Shown here one piece after another: positions 1-10,113 of a stretch of 64,000 nucleotides of DNA (positions within the stretch are counted from its first letter, which is position 1; every line of letters starts with the position of its first letter). Source of the stretch: Candidatus Limnocylindria bacterium (GTDB lineage: Bacteria > Acidobacteriota > Terriglobia > Acidiferrales > UBA7541); NCBI GenBank assembly GCA_035490055.1, contig DATHIB010000164.1:29380-93379 (forward strand), given 5' to 3'. The notes under the pieces are model-generated. The model did no database searches and was not told the origin of the DNA. It saw nothing but the letters and a program-made list of their open reading frames with translations. The translations under genes and the position numbers were made by a program.

Positions 1-909
1 CTGCCTTCCGGGAGCGGCGAGACCGAGGCGTCCACTTCTACAAGACAAGAAGCTACCGAGCAGCAGCCGCAGGACTTCAATGCGCGCTGCCACACGGCGG
101 GAGTCGTGGTATGCCAAGGTTTCGATTCTCCCCTCATCAATATTGCTGCAAGGTGGCCCGCTCCCGGCCTTTATCCGGGTGGAGACAATTCCATCCACGG
201 AAAGTTCGACCGATCAGAAAAAGCTTCCGGAGAAGGATCGCTGCAATTTGAAATTCTCACGCACACCGGGGCGAACGCAGCGGGGTACTGGCGGCAACCC
301 CTGGGCACGAATTTCGGGGCGGGCGCAACGTTTTATGTTCAGTTCCGTGAGCGTTTTTCTCCGGAAATGTTGACGAACAATTGGGGCGACACGACGTGGA
401 AACAGATCATCTTTCACAACGAGAGCGCCACATGCGGGCAAGTGGAGCTATCGACAGCGCAGTATTACCATGCAGGTTTTCCAATCATGTACACCGACTG
501 CGGCGGCCGCGGCGTGGTCACCAACGACGGCACACCCCCTTACAAACTTGAGCAAGGTGACTACAATTGCTGGTACGGAAGGACGAATGCGAAGGACTGC
601 TTCCTCTATCCCGCGAATCAGTGGGTGACTTTCTATTACCAAATTTCCATCGGACATTGGGGCAAGCCGGACAGCACTATCAACGCTTGGGTCGGCCTGG
701 ATGGAAAGCCGATGCAGGAATGGATCAAGATGGCAAACTTCATTCTGAAGAATGACAACCCAGGACACGACTACGATTGCGTGACGCTGCTCACTTACAT
801 GACGAACAAAAGCGCGGGCCTCGACCTTCCCACCGCCTATGCCTGGTACGATGAACTGATCGTTTCCACCAAGCCAATCGCCCCGCCAACGCCGACAAGA
901 GCGCATTGA
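1..909 (+). CDS. 5'-truncated protein with polysaccharide-lyase-like / ConA-type beta-sandwich domain
   Basis: Frame 1 is open from base 1 (LPSGSGETEAST...ARCHTAGVVVCQGFD), so the ORF starts before the window. Beta-strand motifs FYVQFRERF, WKQIIF, NQWVTFYYQI and AWYDELIVST resemble PF14099-like lyase/jelly-roll proteins. Confidence 0.5.
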   Translation: MPSGSGETEASTSTRQEATEQQPQDFNARCHTAGVVVCQGFDSPLINIAARWPAPGLYPGGDNSIHGKFDRSEKASGEGSLQFEILTHTGANAAGYWRQPLGTNFGAGATFYVQFRERFSPEMLTNNWGDTTWKQIIFHNESATCGQVELSTAQYYHAGFPIMYTDCGGRGVVTNDGTPPYKLEQGDYNCWYGRTNAKDCFLYPANQWVTFYYQISIGHWGKPDSTINAWVGLDGKPMQEWIKMANFILKNDNPGHDYDCVTLLTYMTNKSAGLDLPTAYAWYDELIVSTKPIAPPTPTRAH

Positions 910-959
910 GGTGCGCGCGGCGGGGAGCAGACTGGGGCGGGGATTTCAGAGCGGAAGCA

Positions 960-2912
960 TCAGGAATGTCTGGCGAAGACTACCTGCGGTGTGCGGACTG
1001 ATTCCCACTCATTGCCATCCAGAACAATCTGACACCAGAGTTCCAGCATGACGAGTGCAAACAAATGATCCGTGTGATCCGTGCGCTCAGCGCCATGGTC
1101 GGAAATCAGCCGCTGAATCGCCGGCCAGTGGAACAGTCCGCGGTGGCGAATTTGATCTTCGGAAAGCAGTTCAGAAACCATCGGCTGGAGATCCTTGCGA
1201 AGCCAGGCGCCGATCGGTGCGCCAAACCCACGCTTCTTTCGCTTCAGGATTTCGCGGGGCAGCCAGGGCGCTACCGCCTTTTTCATCAGATACTTCATGG
1301 TGAAGCCGCGGACTTTGAACGATGAAGGCATGCGAGCCATCAGTTCGACCAGTTCGTAATCCACCAGCGGTGCGCGGCATTCGAGGGACGCCGCCATGCT
1401 CATGCGATCGGTCATGGCCAGGAGATCATCCGGCAGGGAAGTCTTCAAATCCGCGTAAAGGATACGATTGAGGCTATCCGGATCAGTGCAGCGGGTGAAG
1501 CAGCCTTGGAGAGCAGCCGCGGCCAGATTCGAGACGCGAGAGTCCGTCGACGTTGCGTGCCGGAGTAGTTCGTGCTGCACTTGGGGAGCAAAGAGGGTGG
1601 CGTAGGCCATATAGCGCGAAGCGGGCTCAAGCTCGGCTGACTTCACGAATGCCGCGGCATACCGCGCATAGTCTTTCCAGGTGGAGTGGCGGTCCTGGGG
1701 TATCCGATCGAGCAGCGCTGGAAGCCATTTCCTGCGCAGGGGTCCGGGAAGGAAACTGTAATAGCGCATCAGACTGTTGCCGAGGTAACGACGGTAGCCG
1801 CCGAAGAGCTCGTCGCCTCCCACGCCCGAGAGAATCACCGTTACGCTTTCGCGCGCGAGCCTTGAAACGAGATAGGTGGTGAGACATGCGGAGTCGGCCA
1901 CGGGCTCATCGAGATGCCAGACAAGCTTCGGCAGGAGTTCGCTAACGGCGGGCCGCACCACGATCTCGTGATGGTCGGTGTTGAAAGCTTTTGCGACCAC
2001 ACTCGCGTACGGGAGCTCGTTGTAGTAGCTGTGCTCACCCTGATACCCAATCGAGTAAGTCTTCACGGGTCGGCCGGTCAGACCCGCCATTACCGCCACG
2101 ATGGTGCTTGAATCCAACCCGCCGCTCAGGAACGCACCGAGCGGCACGTCGCTGACCAATTGCATACGCACCGCTTCTTGAATCTTGACGCGAATTTGTT
2201 CGATCCATTCCTCTTCGCTGTGCTTTTCGGGCTGGCCAAAGGGCACATCCCAGTATTGGCGGATTTCTGTGCGGCCTTTTTCGGCGACGAGATAGTGGCC
2301 AGCTGGCAGCTTCTCCATTCCTTCAAGCAAGCACAACGGGGCGGGAACATAGCCTAGCGCAAGGTACTCTTCGAGGGCGGCGTGGTTCAAACGCCGCGGA
2401 ACATCCTGTACCTGCAAAATGGACTTCAGTTCCGACGCAAAGAGGAGCCGCCCTGGTTCGCGGCGGATATAGAGCGGCTTTTCGCCGACGCGGTCACGGC
2501 CAAGGACGAGACGTTCGAGTTTGGCATCCCAGATCGCGAGGCCAAACATCCCGCGAAGGCACTTGAAGAATTCAAGACCCTCTTGTTCGTAGAGATGGAC
2601 GATCACTTCGGTGTCGGTGAGCGTGCGGAAAATATGGCCTTTTGTCTCCAACTCGTCCCGGAGCGATTGGAAGTTGTAAATCTCACCATTGAGAACGATC
2701 CAGATGCTCTCATCCTCGTTGCTGATGGGCTGGTGGCCGCCGGAAACGTCAATGATGGAAAGCCGTCGCATGCCCAGCCCGATGCCGCGGCCGCGATATT
2801 GGCCGAAGTCGTCCGGGCCCCGATGCGTGATGACCCCTCCCATGGCGGCGAGAATGGAGTCGGAGGGCTGCTCAGGACGGTCGAAATTCAGGATGCCGTA
2901 GATTCCGCACAT
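960..2912 (-). CDS. asnB: Asparagine synthase (glutamine-hydrolysing)-family amidotransferase, paralogue 1
   Basis: N-terminal MCGI (Cys1), HRGPD, NGEIYN, PP-loop LSGGLDSS, SGVGGDELFGGY. Confidence 0.93.
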   Translation of the reverse strand: MCGIYGILNFDRPEQPSDSILAAMGGVITHRGPDDFGQYRGRGIGLGMRRLSIIDVSGGHQPISNEDESIWIVLNGEIYNFQSLRDELETKGHIFRTLTDTEVIVHLYEQEGLEFFKCLRGMFGLAIWDAKLERLVLGRDRVGEKPLYIRREPGRLLFASELKSILQVQDVPRRLNHAALEEYLALGYVPAPLCLLEGMEKLPAGHYLVAEKGRTEIRQYWDVPFGQPEKHSEEEWIEQIRVKIQEAVRMQLVSDVPLGAFLSGGLDSSTIVAVMAGLTGRPVKTYSIGYQGEHSYYNELPYASVVAKAFNTDHHEIVVRPAVSELLPKLVWHLDEPVADSACLTTYLVSRLARESVTVILSGVGGDELFGGYRRYLGNSLMRYYSFLPGPLRRKWLPALLDRIPQDRHSTWKDYARYAAAFVKSAELEPASRYMAYATLFAPQVQHELLRHATSTDSRVSNLAAAALQGCFTRCTDPDSLNRILYADLKTSLPDDLLAMTDRMSMAASLECRAPLVDYELVELMARMPSSFKVRGFTMKYLMKKAVAPWLPREILKRKKRGFGAPIGAWLRKDLQPMVSELLSEDQIRHRGLFHWPAIQRLISDHGAERTDHTDHLFALVMLELWCQIVLDGNEWESVRTPQVVFARHS

Positions 2913-2919
2913 GGCTTGT

Positions 2920-4281
2920 CTAGTGTCTCGATGTTTTCGCGTTGAGCGGGTGCACTGTCAACTCGCAACTCTCTCCGTCCGCACGATTTTCCGCGCGCGG
3001 CGACTTGCCGGTCAATCCATCCAAGACCTTCGCCAACTGGCCTGTCTGAGCCTCGCGTGTATAGCGCTGGATCTTATCCTTGTCGGGAAGAGGATGAGTG
3101 CCAACTCGCAAAGTATCAACAAATGTGGACAATCCCTCATAAATCTCATCTTCGGATGCGATGTTGACGACCGTGGCTCCGCCGACTTCGCGCAGGAGAG
3201 CCGCGGTGTCACCGGTCTGCGTTGTCAAACCAAGAATGGGCTTGCCAATTCGAAGGTACTCGTAGGCTTTCGCGGGAATCTGCTTATCGCAATCTGCGGC
3301 CTGGAAGAGCAAGAGCCCATCGGCGTCGGCACATTCCTGCAAAGCCTGACGGTAGGGCATGTGGGGTTCAAGAACGATCAGATCCTCGATGTCCCTCTCC
3401 GCGAGGAGCCTGCGGTACAAGTCTTCCGAGCCAGGTGCGCGAAAAACAATTTGAACTTTATCGGCGCTGAGGCGGCCCATCTTTTTCAGGCGACCGACCG
3501 CGCTGAACATAGGTCTTGGGTCACGCTCGACGGGATAGATCAGGCCGGAGTGAACGAGCCGGATGGGACGGCCCACCGGAACAGGACCTGGCGTGGGAAT
3601 ATGCAGGTATCGAAAATCTTCTTCGTCATAACCATTTGAAATGAGGACACACATGTCTGGCGTGAGCAAATCCGGGTAACGCTCGAGGTACATCTGCCGG
3701 GTAGCTTCCGCCGTAAAAATCACGCGGGAGACACGTCGCATGCAGGCGTGCTCAATGGCGCCCCACACGCGGCGGACCAGGAGATCGTGAGGGTAGTCGT
3801 CCTGGCGCATGGGATCGCGAAGATCGAGAACCCAAGGTAAACCGGTCAGGCGCTGCAATCCAAGCCCGATCGCAGCCGCCGACATAATCGGAAAGGTAGA
3901 GTAGAGCACGTCGGTCTTATGAACTCGAACCGCGCGCAATCCAGCAGGGACTCCTCCGAGAATCCAACTGACCCAGCGGTCCGGCAAGGCCATGTACCTG
4001 AGATAGCGGCCCCCGATGCCCATGTGCTTCTTTGTGTCTAACGCGAAAGCGCGAATGACCGGCACATTCCTGGGAATGGAATCCAGGCTCCTCTCGTCGA
4101 TTTTCTCATACGCACGGGCGTGCGGAGTCAGCACCGCGGGCTGCCAGCCGAAGGTGGGCAGGTAGCGGGAATACTTCAGCGATCGCAGTAGACCGCTGCT
4201 GCCTGCTTGGGGCGGAAAGTGGTACGCGATGATTAGAACATTTCCCAAGGGGTCCAATCTCACTATACCCGGCCGGTGCAA
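2920..4281 (-). CDS. Glycosyltransferase family 4 (GT-B)
   Basis: LIIAYHFPP N-terminus, LISNGYDEEDF, IPAKAYEYLRIGKPIL. The true start may be a few codons downstream of 4281. Confidence 0.85.
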   Translation of the reverse strand: MHRPGIVRLDPLGNVLIIAYHFPPQAGSSGLLRSLKYSRYLPTFGWQPAVLTPHARAYEKIDERSLDSIPRNVPVIRAFALDTKKHMGIGGRYLRYMALPDRWVSWILGGVPAGLRAVRVHKTDVLYSTFPIMSAAAIGLGLQRLTGLPWVLDLRDPMRQDDYPHDLLVRRVWGAIEHACMRRVSRVIFTAEATRQMYLERYPDLLTPDMCVLISNGYDEEDFRYLHIPTPGPVPVGRPIRLVHSGLIYPVERDPRPMFSAVGRLKKMGRLSADKVQIVFRAPGSEDLYRRLLAERDIEDLIVLEPHMPYRQALQECADADGLLLFQAADCDKQIPAKAYEYLRIGKPILGLTTQTGDTAALLREVGGATVVNIASEDEIYEGLSTFVDTLRVGTHPLPDKDKIQRYTREAQTGQLAKVLDGLTGKSPRAENRADGESCELTVHPLNAKTSRH

Positions 4282-4321
4282 TTTCTTTGAAGAGCCTATC
4301 TGGGGCCGTGTGTGCGTCTAT

Positions 4322-5596
4322 TCACCGTTCATTCCTAGTGTGTAGTTCTGCGTCAACCCAAATTTCCGCCGGCAAAGGGTGGCTGAGGAAACCCACCGGG
4401 CTCGCTGACCGGCCGTAAGCGCCGGACTGAAAGATGCCGACAAGGTCGCCGATTTCCGCGTGCGGGAGGACGATCCCGCGCGCGAGGGTATCGAGCGGGG
4501 TGCAGAGGGGGCCTACAATATCCACGGCTTCGTCCGCTGGCGCGGTCAGCTTATTCACCAGGGCTATGGGGTAATTTCGTTTGATAGTCTGGCCAAGATT
4601 GCCGGAAGCCGCCAAATGATGGTTCATTCCACCATCGACAATGAGGAATTTCTTGCCGCGTGAAATCTTGATGTCGCTGATGCGTGTCAGGTAGACGCCT
4701 GCTTCGCCGGCGAGAAATCTACCGGGTTCGACGAGAAACTGGGTGCCCTCGAAGCACCGATGGGCATCCACTTCCTCACAAAGCGTCAGCAGTCCTTTTC
4801 GCAAACAATCAAGATTCAGTTCCTGCTCATGCGCGAAGTACGGGATTCCCAGACCTCCGCCGAAATCCAGCGTGCGGAGCGGGCGGCCCAGCCGCTCAAC
4901 GACGCGCCGGGCGAGGCTCAACCCGTGGCGATACTGATTGTGCAGAGTTGCCGCATCCAGAATCTGAGTTCCGGTGAACAGGTGGATTCCGCAGAGATCG
5001 AGCGCTGGCTCGGCAAGAACAGCCTCCAGTACTTGATCGAGGATCTCTTCGTCCATGCCAAATGGCGCCGGGCGGCCACCCATGCGCATCGCTCCGCCTT
5101 CGGCTTCGGCTGCTGGATTGATGCGGACGGCAACCTGAGCGCGGCGACCAAGAGGTCGGCAAATTGTGGCGATGCGCTTGGCTTCTGTGAGCGACTCCAT
5201 GTGGATCTCACCGATGCCATTCAAGAGCACCAGTTCGAGTTCCGCTTCGGATTTTCCAGGTCCGGCAAACAAAATTCGTTCCGGTGGACAGCCCGCCTCC
5301 AGCGCTTTCCGGAACTCACCCGCCGATGCAATTTCGATCCCGCAGCCCCGGCTCAGGAAATGCTTCACAACGGCAAGACAAGGATTGGCCTTAATAGAGT
5401 AGTAGATGGCGAAGCGTTCCGGAAGAGTGGTACGAAGCGCGTCATACTTCAGATCCAGCACGGCACGGTCATAAACAAACAGCGGTGTGCCGTAGGATTC
5501 CACGAGTTGATTGACCGGCAACTCACCGATGACCAGTGACTTCCCAGACTTCGGGAAATACTTCGCTGTCAGATATGCCGCCAGATCAGCCATCAA
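4322..5596 (-). CDS. Fold-type III PLP-dependent decarboxylase (LysA/BtrK-like; exosortase-A-associated TIGR03099-like)
   Basis: PLP lysine in YYSIKANP, plus HLFTGTQ, DFGGGLG, EPGRF, GPLCTPLD and SGAYG. Start overlaps the ligase stop (TGATG coupling). Confidence 0.88.
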   Translation of the reverse strand: MMADLAAYLTAKYFPKSGKSLVIGELPVNQLVESYGTPLFVYDRAVLDLKYDALRTTLPERFAIYYSIKANPCLAVVKHFLSRGCGIEIASAGEFRKALEAGCPPERILFAGPGKSEAELELVLLNGIGEIHMESLTEAKRIATICRPLGRRAQVAVRINPAAEAEGGAMRMGGRPAPFGMDEEILDQVLEAVLAEPALDLCGIHLFTGTQILDAATLHNQYRHGLSLARRVVERLGRPLRTLDFGGGLGIPYFAHEQELNLDCLRKGLLTLCEEVDAHRCFEGTQFLVEPGRFLAGEAGVYLTRISDIKISRGKKFLIVDGGMNHHLAASGNLGQTIKRNYPIALVNKLTAPADEAVDIVGPLCTPLDTLARGIVLPHAEIGDLVGIFQSGAYGRSASPVGFLSHPLPAEIWVDAELHTRNER

Positions 5597-7161
5597 AGCC
5601 CTTCACGGCGCCGCAACGCTGGGTAGTCCACTTTTCCGCTCGAAGTTTTCGGCAGCTCGCCCAGGATTTCAAATGTTTTCGGAACCATATAGCGGGGCAT
5701 TTTCCCCGCGCAAAAAGCAAGTAGCGCGTTGATGTCCAAGGAATTGCCGTCTTTCGATACAACAAACGCTTTAATAGCCTGTCCGAGAGTGTCGTCGGGA
5801 ATGCCGATGACGGCTGCCCCGCGTAATTCTCCGCTCTGGAAGAGCACCTCTTCCACTTCGGTGGGGCTGATGCGAAATCCACTGGACTTGATCATCGTAT
5901 CGCGCCGGCCAATGAAATACAGAAAACCGTCTTCATCCATTTTTACGAGGTCGCCCGAATAGCAAACCTTTTCGCAGTCACCCAGTTCCGGTGACAACTG
6001 CGGATTCGGCCGAAGGGCACGGGCTGTGTCTTCCGGCCGGTTCCAATAGCCGAGCGAAACCGTCGGCCCGCGGTGCACAAGTTCACCAGGCTCGCCAGGT
6101 TTGCAAAGCTGACCTTGCTCGTTGAGCACAAGAATTTCAGTGTCTGGAATGGCTTTGCCCATCGAGGTCGGCCGCCGATCGAGTTCTTCCGGCGGAAGAT
6201 AAGTCGAACGGAAAGCTTCGGTGAGCCCGTACATCAGAAACACTTTCGTTGCGGGAAGCACTTCTCGCAACACTTTGAGGACCGCCTGCGGCATTGCGCC
6301 ACCCGTATTCGTGATGTAGCGCAAGTGAGGCACCGGTTGCTTGGCGAGAGTTGCATTGGGCTGCGTCAGCAGGCTCCACAAAGTGGGCACGCCCGCGAGA
6401 CCGGTGATTTTTTCCTTGAGCAGGACCTGAACGATTTCGCGCGCAAAAATAAAATTGATGAGCACGCAGGTGCCGCCCTTTTCGAACGCGGTCATCAATT
6501 GATTCATTCCGGCGTCGAAACTGAAAGGCAGAACGGCGAGGATACGCTCGCCGTCGGTGATGCCAAGATAAGTGGAGACGATCCGGCTGCCGGCGACCAC
6601 GTTCGCATGACTCAGCATCACGCCTTTAGGCTTGCCGGTTGAACCGGAGGTGTAGAGGATGGCCGCTAGATCCTTTTCGATGCTCGTCTCGCGCCAGTCT
6701 GCTGGGAGTGTCCGGGCGCAGAACTCATCAAAAGGGTGAACCGTGAGTTGCGCCGTCACTTCTCCAGAACCGACCACCACTAGAAACTCGAGCGAGGGAA
6801 TCTGTGGGAGCACCTCAGCAAGCGAAGCGAGTTTCGCTGCCGTGCTAATCAGACCTTTCATCCCGCAATCCCGAGCGATATGCATTACCTGCTCGGCGTG
6901 CAAAAGTGCGTTGATGGGAACATAGACAGCCTCTGCGCGCGAAATGCCAAAGATGGAGATGACCTGGGGGACAGAGGCTTCCAGATAGATGCCCATTCTG
7001 TCGCCGCGGCGGAGTCCGGCGCTTCGCAAGCCAACGGCGAGTCCTTCGACGCGGCGTGCAACTTGACCGTAAGTCAGCCGCTCTTCTCCGTGTGCGAGGG
7101 CTTCTTTTTCCGGTGAACGCCTAGCGCTCTCACGCAATAGATGCCAAATCAGGAAGTCCAT
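5593..7161 (-). CDS. Adenylate-forming (ANL) acyl/aminoacyl ligase (TIGR03098-like)
   Basis: ILYTSGSTGKPKGVMLSH, MYGLTE, SGDL, GRRDTMIKSSGFRISPTEVE, PKTSSGKVD. Start placed at ATG 7161 (MDFLIWHLL) rather than 7254. Confidence 0.9.
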   Translation of the reverse strand: MDFLIWHLLRESARRSPEKEALAHGEERLTYGQVARRVEGLAVGLRSAGLRRGDRMGIYLEASVPQVISIFGISRAEAVYVPINALLHAEQVMHIARDCGMKGLISTAAKLASLAEVLPQIPSLEFLVVVGSGEVTAQLTVHPFDEFCARTLPADWRETSIEKDLAAILYTSGSTGKPKGVMLSHANVVAGSRIVSTYLGITDGERILAVLPFSFDAGMNQLMTAFEKGGTCVLINFIFAREIVQVLLKEKITGLAGVPTLWSLLTQPNATLAKQPVPHLRYITNTGGAMPQAVLKVLREVLPATKVFLMYGLTEAFRSTYLPPEELDRRPTSMGKAIPDTEILVLNEQGQLCKPGEPGELVHRGPTVSLGYWNRPEDTARALRPNPQLSPELGDCEKVCYSGDLVKMDEDGFLYFIGRRDTMIKSSGFRISPTEVEEVLFQSGELRGAAVIGIPDDTLGQAIKAFVVSKDGNSLDINALLAFCAGKMPRYMVPKTFEILGELPKTSSGKVDYPALRRREGL

Positions 7162-7207
7162 AGCGACTATTCGAAAACCCTTTCTCCTTTGATTCAGCGA
7201 TTTCTGC

Positions 7208-8422
7208 TTATACCGTGCTGTTCCGCGATTTGCCGCGTCGGAATGGACTGGCAAGCGACATGGCTGCGCGCTTCACGGCGCGTCCACCGACGTGACGCGC
7301 GATGGCCAGAACGCCCCTTGGCGTGCGGGGGTTCAGCGCCAGAATTCCCCAGCGCTCCCGCCGCTGAGACATCCAATCTTTCTTGTACGCATCGTCTCCG
7401 GACAGGTAATCCACCTCGGTGACCTTATCCACGTCCAGAGCATGCTCGAAGAGTGCCGCGGAGAGAATCGTGCCCACGGACAATTCCCCGAAACGTTCGT
7501 CATAGGCGAGCTTGTAGATCAACGCGTTTCCGTGGTGAACGATCCAAAGTTGAACTGCCGCCGGCTCGCCGTCCACGTAGATGATCCCCAGACGCAACGC
7601 TCCCATTGCCGCGCACATGCGGATGAGTCCTGGGATGAATTGCGGGTAAAGCTCAGGTTGTTTCCAGCTTGAAAGATAAACTTTCATATAGGCATCAATC
7701 GCAGCATCGAGCCCTTGCCCCCCGGTCACGATTTCTATTTTCGCTCGTCCGCTCTTTCCCAGTTTCTTTCTTTTGCGGTTCAGTGTGTTTTTCAGCACCG
7801 AAGGCAGGCTTTCCGAGTATTGTGCGAAACTCCGTCCGTTCACGGGCAGGTACCAGTTGCCAAAAGAAAAGAATGTCTGCACGATGAATCCGGCCGCCTT
7901 AAACGCTCCGACGAGTTCGGGAAATTCTGTCGAGTTGACGTCCATTGGCTTGACTTCGACCGCGTCCCAACGTGGATTTTCCTGGGCCATCGCTAATGTA
8001 AGGGCCCGAATGGTCTGGTGTGATTCACTCGCAGAAACAGCAAGGTGCGGTGCGTAAAAACAGCTGTAATAGTTGGCCAGTGCTTCAAGCTTTCGGGGAG
8101 AAGAGAATGAGTTCGAATTGCTCGAGCCGCGCATTAGCAGCATTCCTGCAGGCGTTCCTTGCCCACCTACTGCTGTGGCACAATAAATCCGCACACGATC
8201 TTCAGGGCCCATCGCGGTCTGAATGAAATTTTGAAACCAAGGCTGGGCCAAGAAGATGCTTTGACGCCCTGCTTCCTCGAAAAGATTCAGGAAAGACTCG
8301 GGTAGTTCCTCCAATCCCGAGTACACCCGTACATGAGGGGGGACTCCGGCTCCGCGCGCCGTGAAATCGGCGGGCACCGCGCCCGTAATTTGATCTTCGG
8401 TCTTTGCCAGAGGAAGGCTCAT
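7208..8422 (-). CDS. GNAT-family (CelD/BcsL-like, Fem-fold) acyltransferase
   Basis: LPSVLKNTLNRKRKKL, YKLAYDERFGELSVGTIL and VDYLSGDDAYKKDW are typical of GNAT_6/CelD proteins. Confidence 0.8.
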   Translation of the reverse strand: MSLPLAKTEDQITGAVPADFTARGAGVPPHVRVYSGLEELPESFLNLFEEAGRQSIFLAQPWFQNFIQTAMGPEDRVRIYCATAVGGQGTPAGMLLMRGSSNSNSFSSPRKLEALANYYSCFYAPHLAVSASESHQTIRALTLAMAQENPRWDAVEVKPMDVNSTEFPELVGAFKAAGFIVQTFFSFGNWYLPVNGRSFAQYSESLPSVLKNTLNRKRKKLGKSGRAKIEIVTGGQGLDAAIDAYMKVYLSSWKQPELYPQFIPGLIRMCAAMGALRLGIIYVDGEPAAVQLWIVHHGNALIYKLAYDERFGELSVGTILSAALFEHALDVDKVTEVDYLSGDDAYKKDWMSQRRERWGILALNPRTPRGVLAIARHVGGRAVKRAAMSLASPFRRGKSRNSTV

Positions 8423-8724
8423 TCACTCTTTCCGGTCTTTTTCAGGACGAACGCAGAGAGAGTGCCGAGCGTATGAAAATTTTCCGGCATCAGCTCATCA
8501 TCGCTGACCACGATCGAGAATTCGGTTTCGAGAAAGCTCACCACGTCGAGAATTCCAAGGGAATCCAGGATTCCCTTTTCAAGCAGTGCCGTGTCTTTGC
8601 CGACTCCAGACTTCCGTGCGAGCGGGAATTTTTCCAGCAGAAACGCGTGAATTCTCTGTTCGATTGAGCCTGTTGTGGTCTGATTCATTTCTTCGTCCTC
8701 GCTGCTAACTTTCTCTGTCTCCAT
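8419..8724 (-). CDS. Acyl carrier protein
   Basis: Small acidic protein with phosphopantetheine-site motif GILDSLGILDVV and C-terminal PENFHTL. Alternative start MNQ at 8688. Confidence 0.9.
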   Translation of the reverse strand: METEKVSSEDEEMNQTTTGSIEQRIHAFLLEKFPLARKSGVGKDTALLEKGILDSLGILDVVSFLETEFSIVVSDDELMPENFHTLGTLSAFVLKKTGKSE

Positions 8725-9772
8725 GCGTTAGATACCAGTGATCGGCGCCCTGATCGTCTTGGCGATTCGCCGCCCAGGGCAGGGTAAGCAAGATGACGGG
8801 AGCCGACTCCCGCGGCTGGAATCCGCAATCTTCAAGAATCTCTCGGCCGGCATGCGAGAGAAACGGAGCGCTCAAGGTGCTGACGGCTTTGCGCCGCATT
8901 ATCGTAATCGTCTCAACGAGCAGCGCCTTACTGACCGGGTCTCCTTCCGCGAACAGATCAACAACGGTCGCATCCTCTCCGGCCCAATGATAAATCAGAA
9001 AGCCACAAAGCCTGCCGTCCTTACGAGCCGTCAGAAATTGGTAGCGTCGTTGCGGATGCTGCAAGAATCGCCAATTCAGGTAATCGGCGTTGCGGCCGGC
9101 GCATACACCCATTCCGGGAGCCCACCGCTGAGTTGCAAGCGTGAACTCTTCACCGCACGGTTCGCTCTCCTCCGAAATTTTCCATGCGCTGGATCGTCTC
9201 AGGCCAGCATCACGTAAACGCAATGCCGCATTCGCAGCAACAGCCAGAGTGCGTCCGGCTGCTTTGTTAGGGACGCGCTTCTGGACCTGTCGGTCCGCTC
9301 GCAACGGCTTGGCGAATCGGATCACTGATTCCTGAGGTTCGATGCGAAGTCGTTTGTAGATTGCCAGCATCGAAGTACTGGGAAAGTCAAATACAAATCC
9401 CGCGCCTTCCCTGGAGAGATCTTCAAGAGAGCTTCTTTGCAGAGCCAGGGCGGGCCCGAGACTGCGATAATCCGGATGAATACAAAAATCACCCAGAACG
9501 TAGCCCCGCACTTCTTTTCCGTGGCGGAGGATTCGCCTGGGGAATGCTGCCGCAACTCCGATAATCATGCCTGTCTCAAACTCGCAAGCAACCCACACTC
9601 GCGCCATCCCTTCGGGATTCTTGCAGTATAACCACTCGTAACGGGCCTCGTTCGCATCCGGCGAGAGATACCTTGAAAGAAAAGCGGTAAGGGTTGTTTT
9701 CTCCCGATCGACTCCTGCGCGACGAACTAGGTTGGCCATTTTTGGGACACTTTGATTGAAGCCTGCGGTCAC
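8705..9772 (-). CDS. GNAT-family N-acyltransferase
   Basis: YEWLYCKNPEG, GDFCIHPDYRSLG (motif A), RNADYLNWRFLQHP. Confidence 0.75.
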   Translation of the reverse strand: MTAGFNQSVPKMANLVRRAGVDREKTTLTAFLSRYLSPDANEARYEWLYCKNPEGMARVWVACEFETGMIIGVAAAFPRRILRHGKEVRGYVLGDFCIHPDYRSLGPALALQRSSLEDLSREGAGFVFDFPSTSMLAIYKRLRIEPQESVIRFAKPLRADRQVQKRVPNKAAGRTLAVAANAALRLRDAGLRRSSAWKISEESEPCGEEFTLATQRWAPGMGVCAGRNADYLNWRFLQHPQRRYQFLTARKDGRLCGFLIYHWAGEDATVVDLFAEGDPVSKALLVETITIMRRKAVSTLSAPFLSHAGREILEDCGFQPRESAPVILLTLPWAANRQDDQGADHWYLTHGDRES

Positions 9773-9881
9773 TCAGTCCGAAGAGCCTGAGATGCAGGGT
9801 CCGAAGCCATCGCTCCAATCGTGAACGACCGGAGTACAGCACACCTCTCCTGTCATGGAAGTGGGGCTCATGGACTTGGAA

Positions 9882-9897
9882 AGCACGCTGTCTGCCA
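9882..9897 (-). promoter_or_regulatory. sigma54-type -24/-12 box for the leftward tailoring operon
   Basis: Minus strand reads TGGCAGACAGCGTGCT (GG-N10-GC), ~110 bp upstream of the 9772 start. Confidence 0.55.
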
Positions 9898-10113
9898 AAG
9901 AGACTTATGTGTCTATGGCATTCATAAGATTGAACTTAACAAAACATTGCAGTCCTAAGCCAATCTTGAATCCAAGTTTGGCGACCTCCTCGACAATCCC
10001 GTGCCTCCATTGGCGCGGGTATGGGGACACTTTACGCCCAGATTTCGCGGTAAGTCCTTCAAATTCAATCCGGCGTAACAAAGTTGCAATCGTCTACACA
10101 GGAAGTTTGACCT

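Noticed and set aside
4322-9772. NRPS/PKS or lysine-biosynthesis (lysA) interpretation
   Set aside because: No condensation, ketosynthase or thioesterase domains and no dap genes; the genes are co-transcribed with a GT and AsnB.
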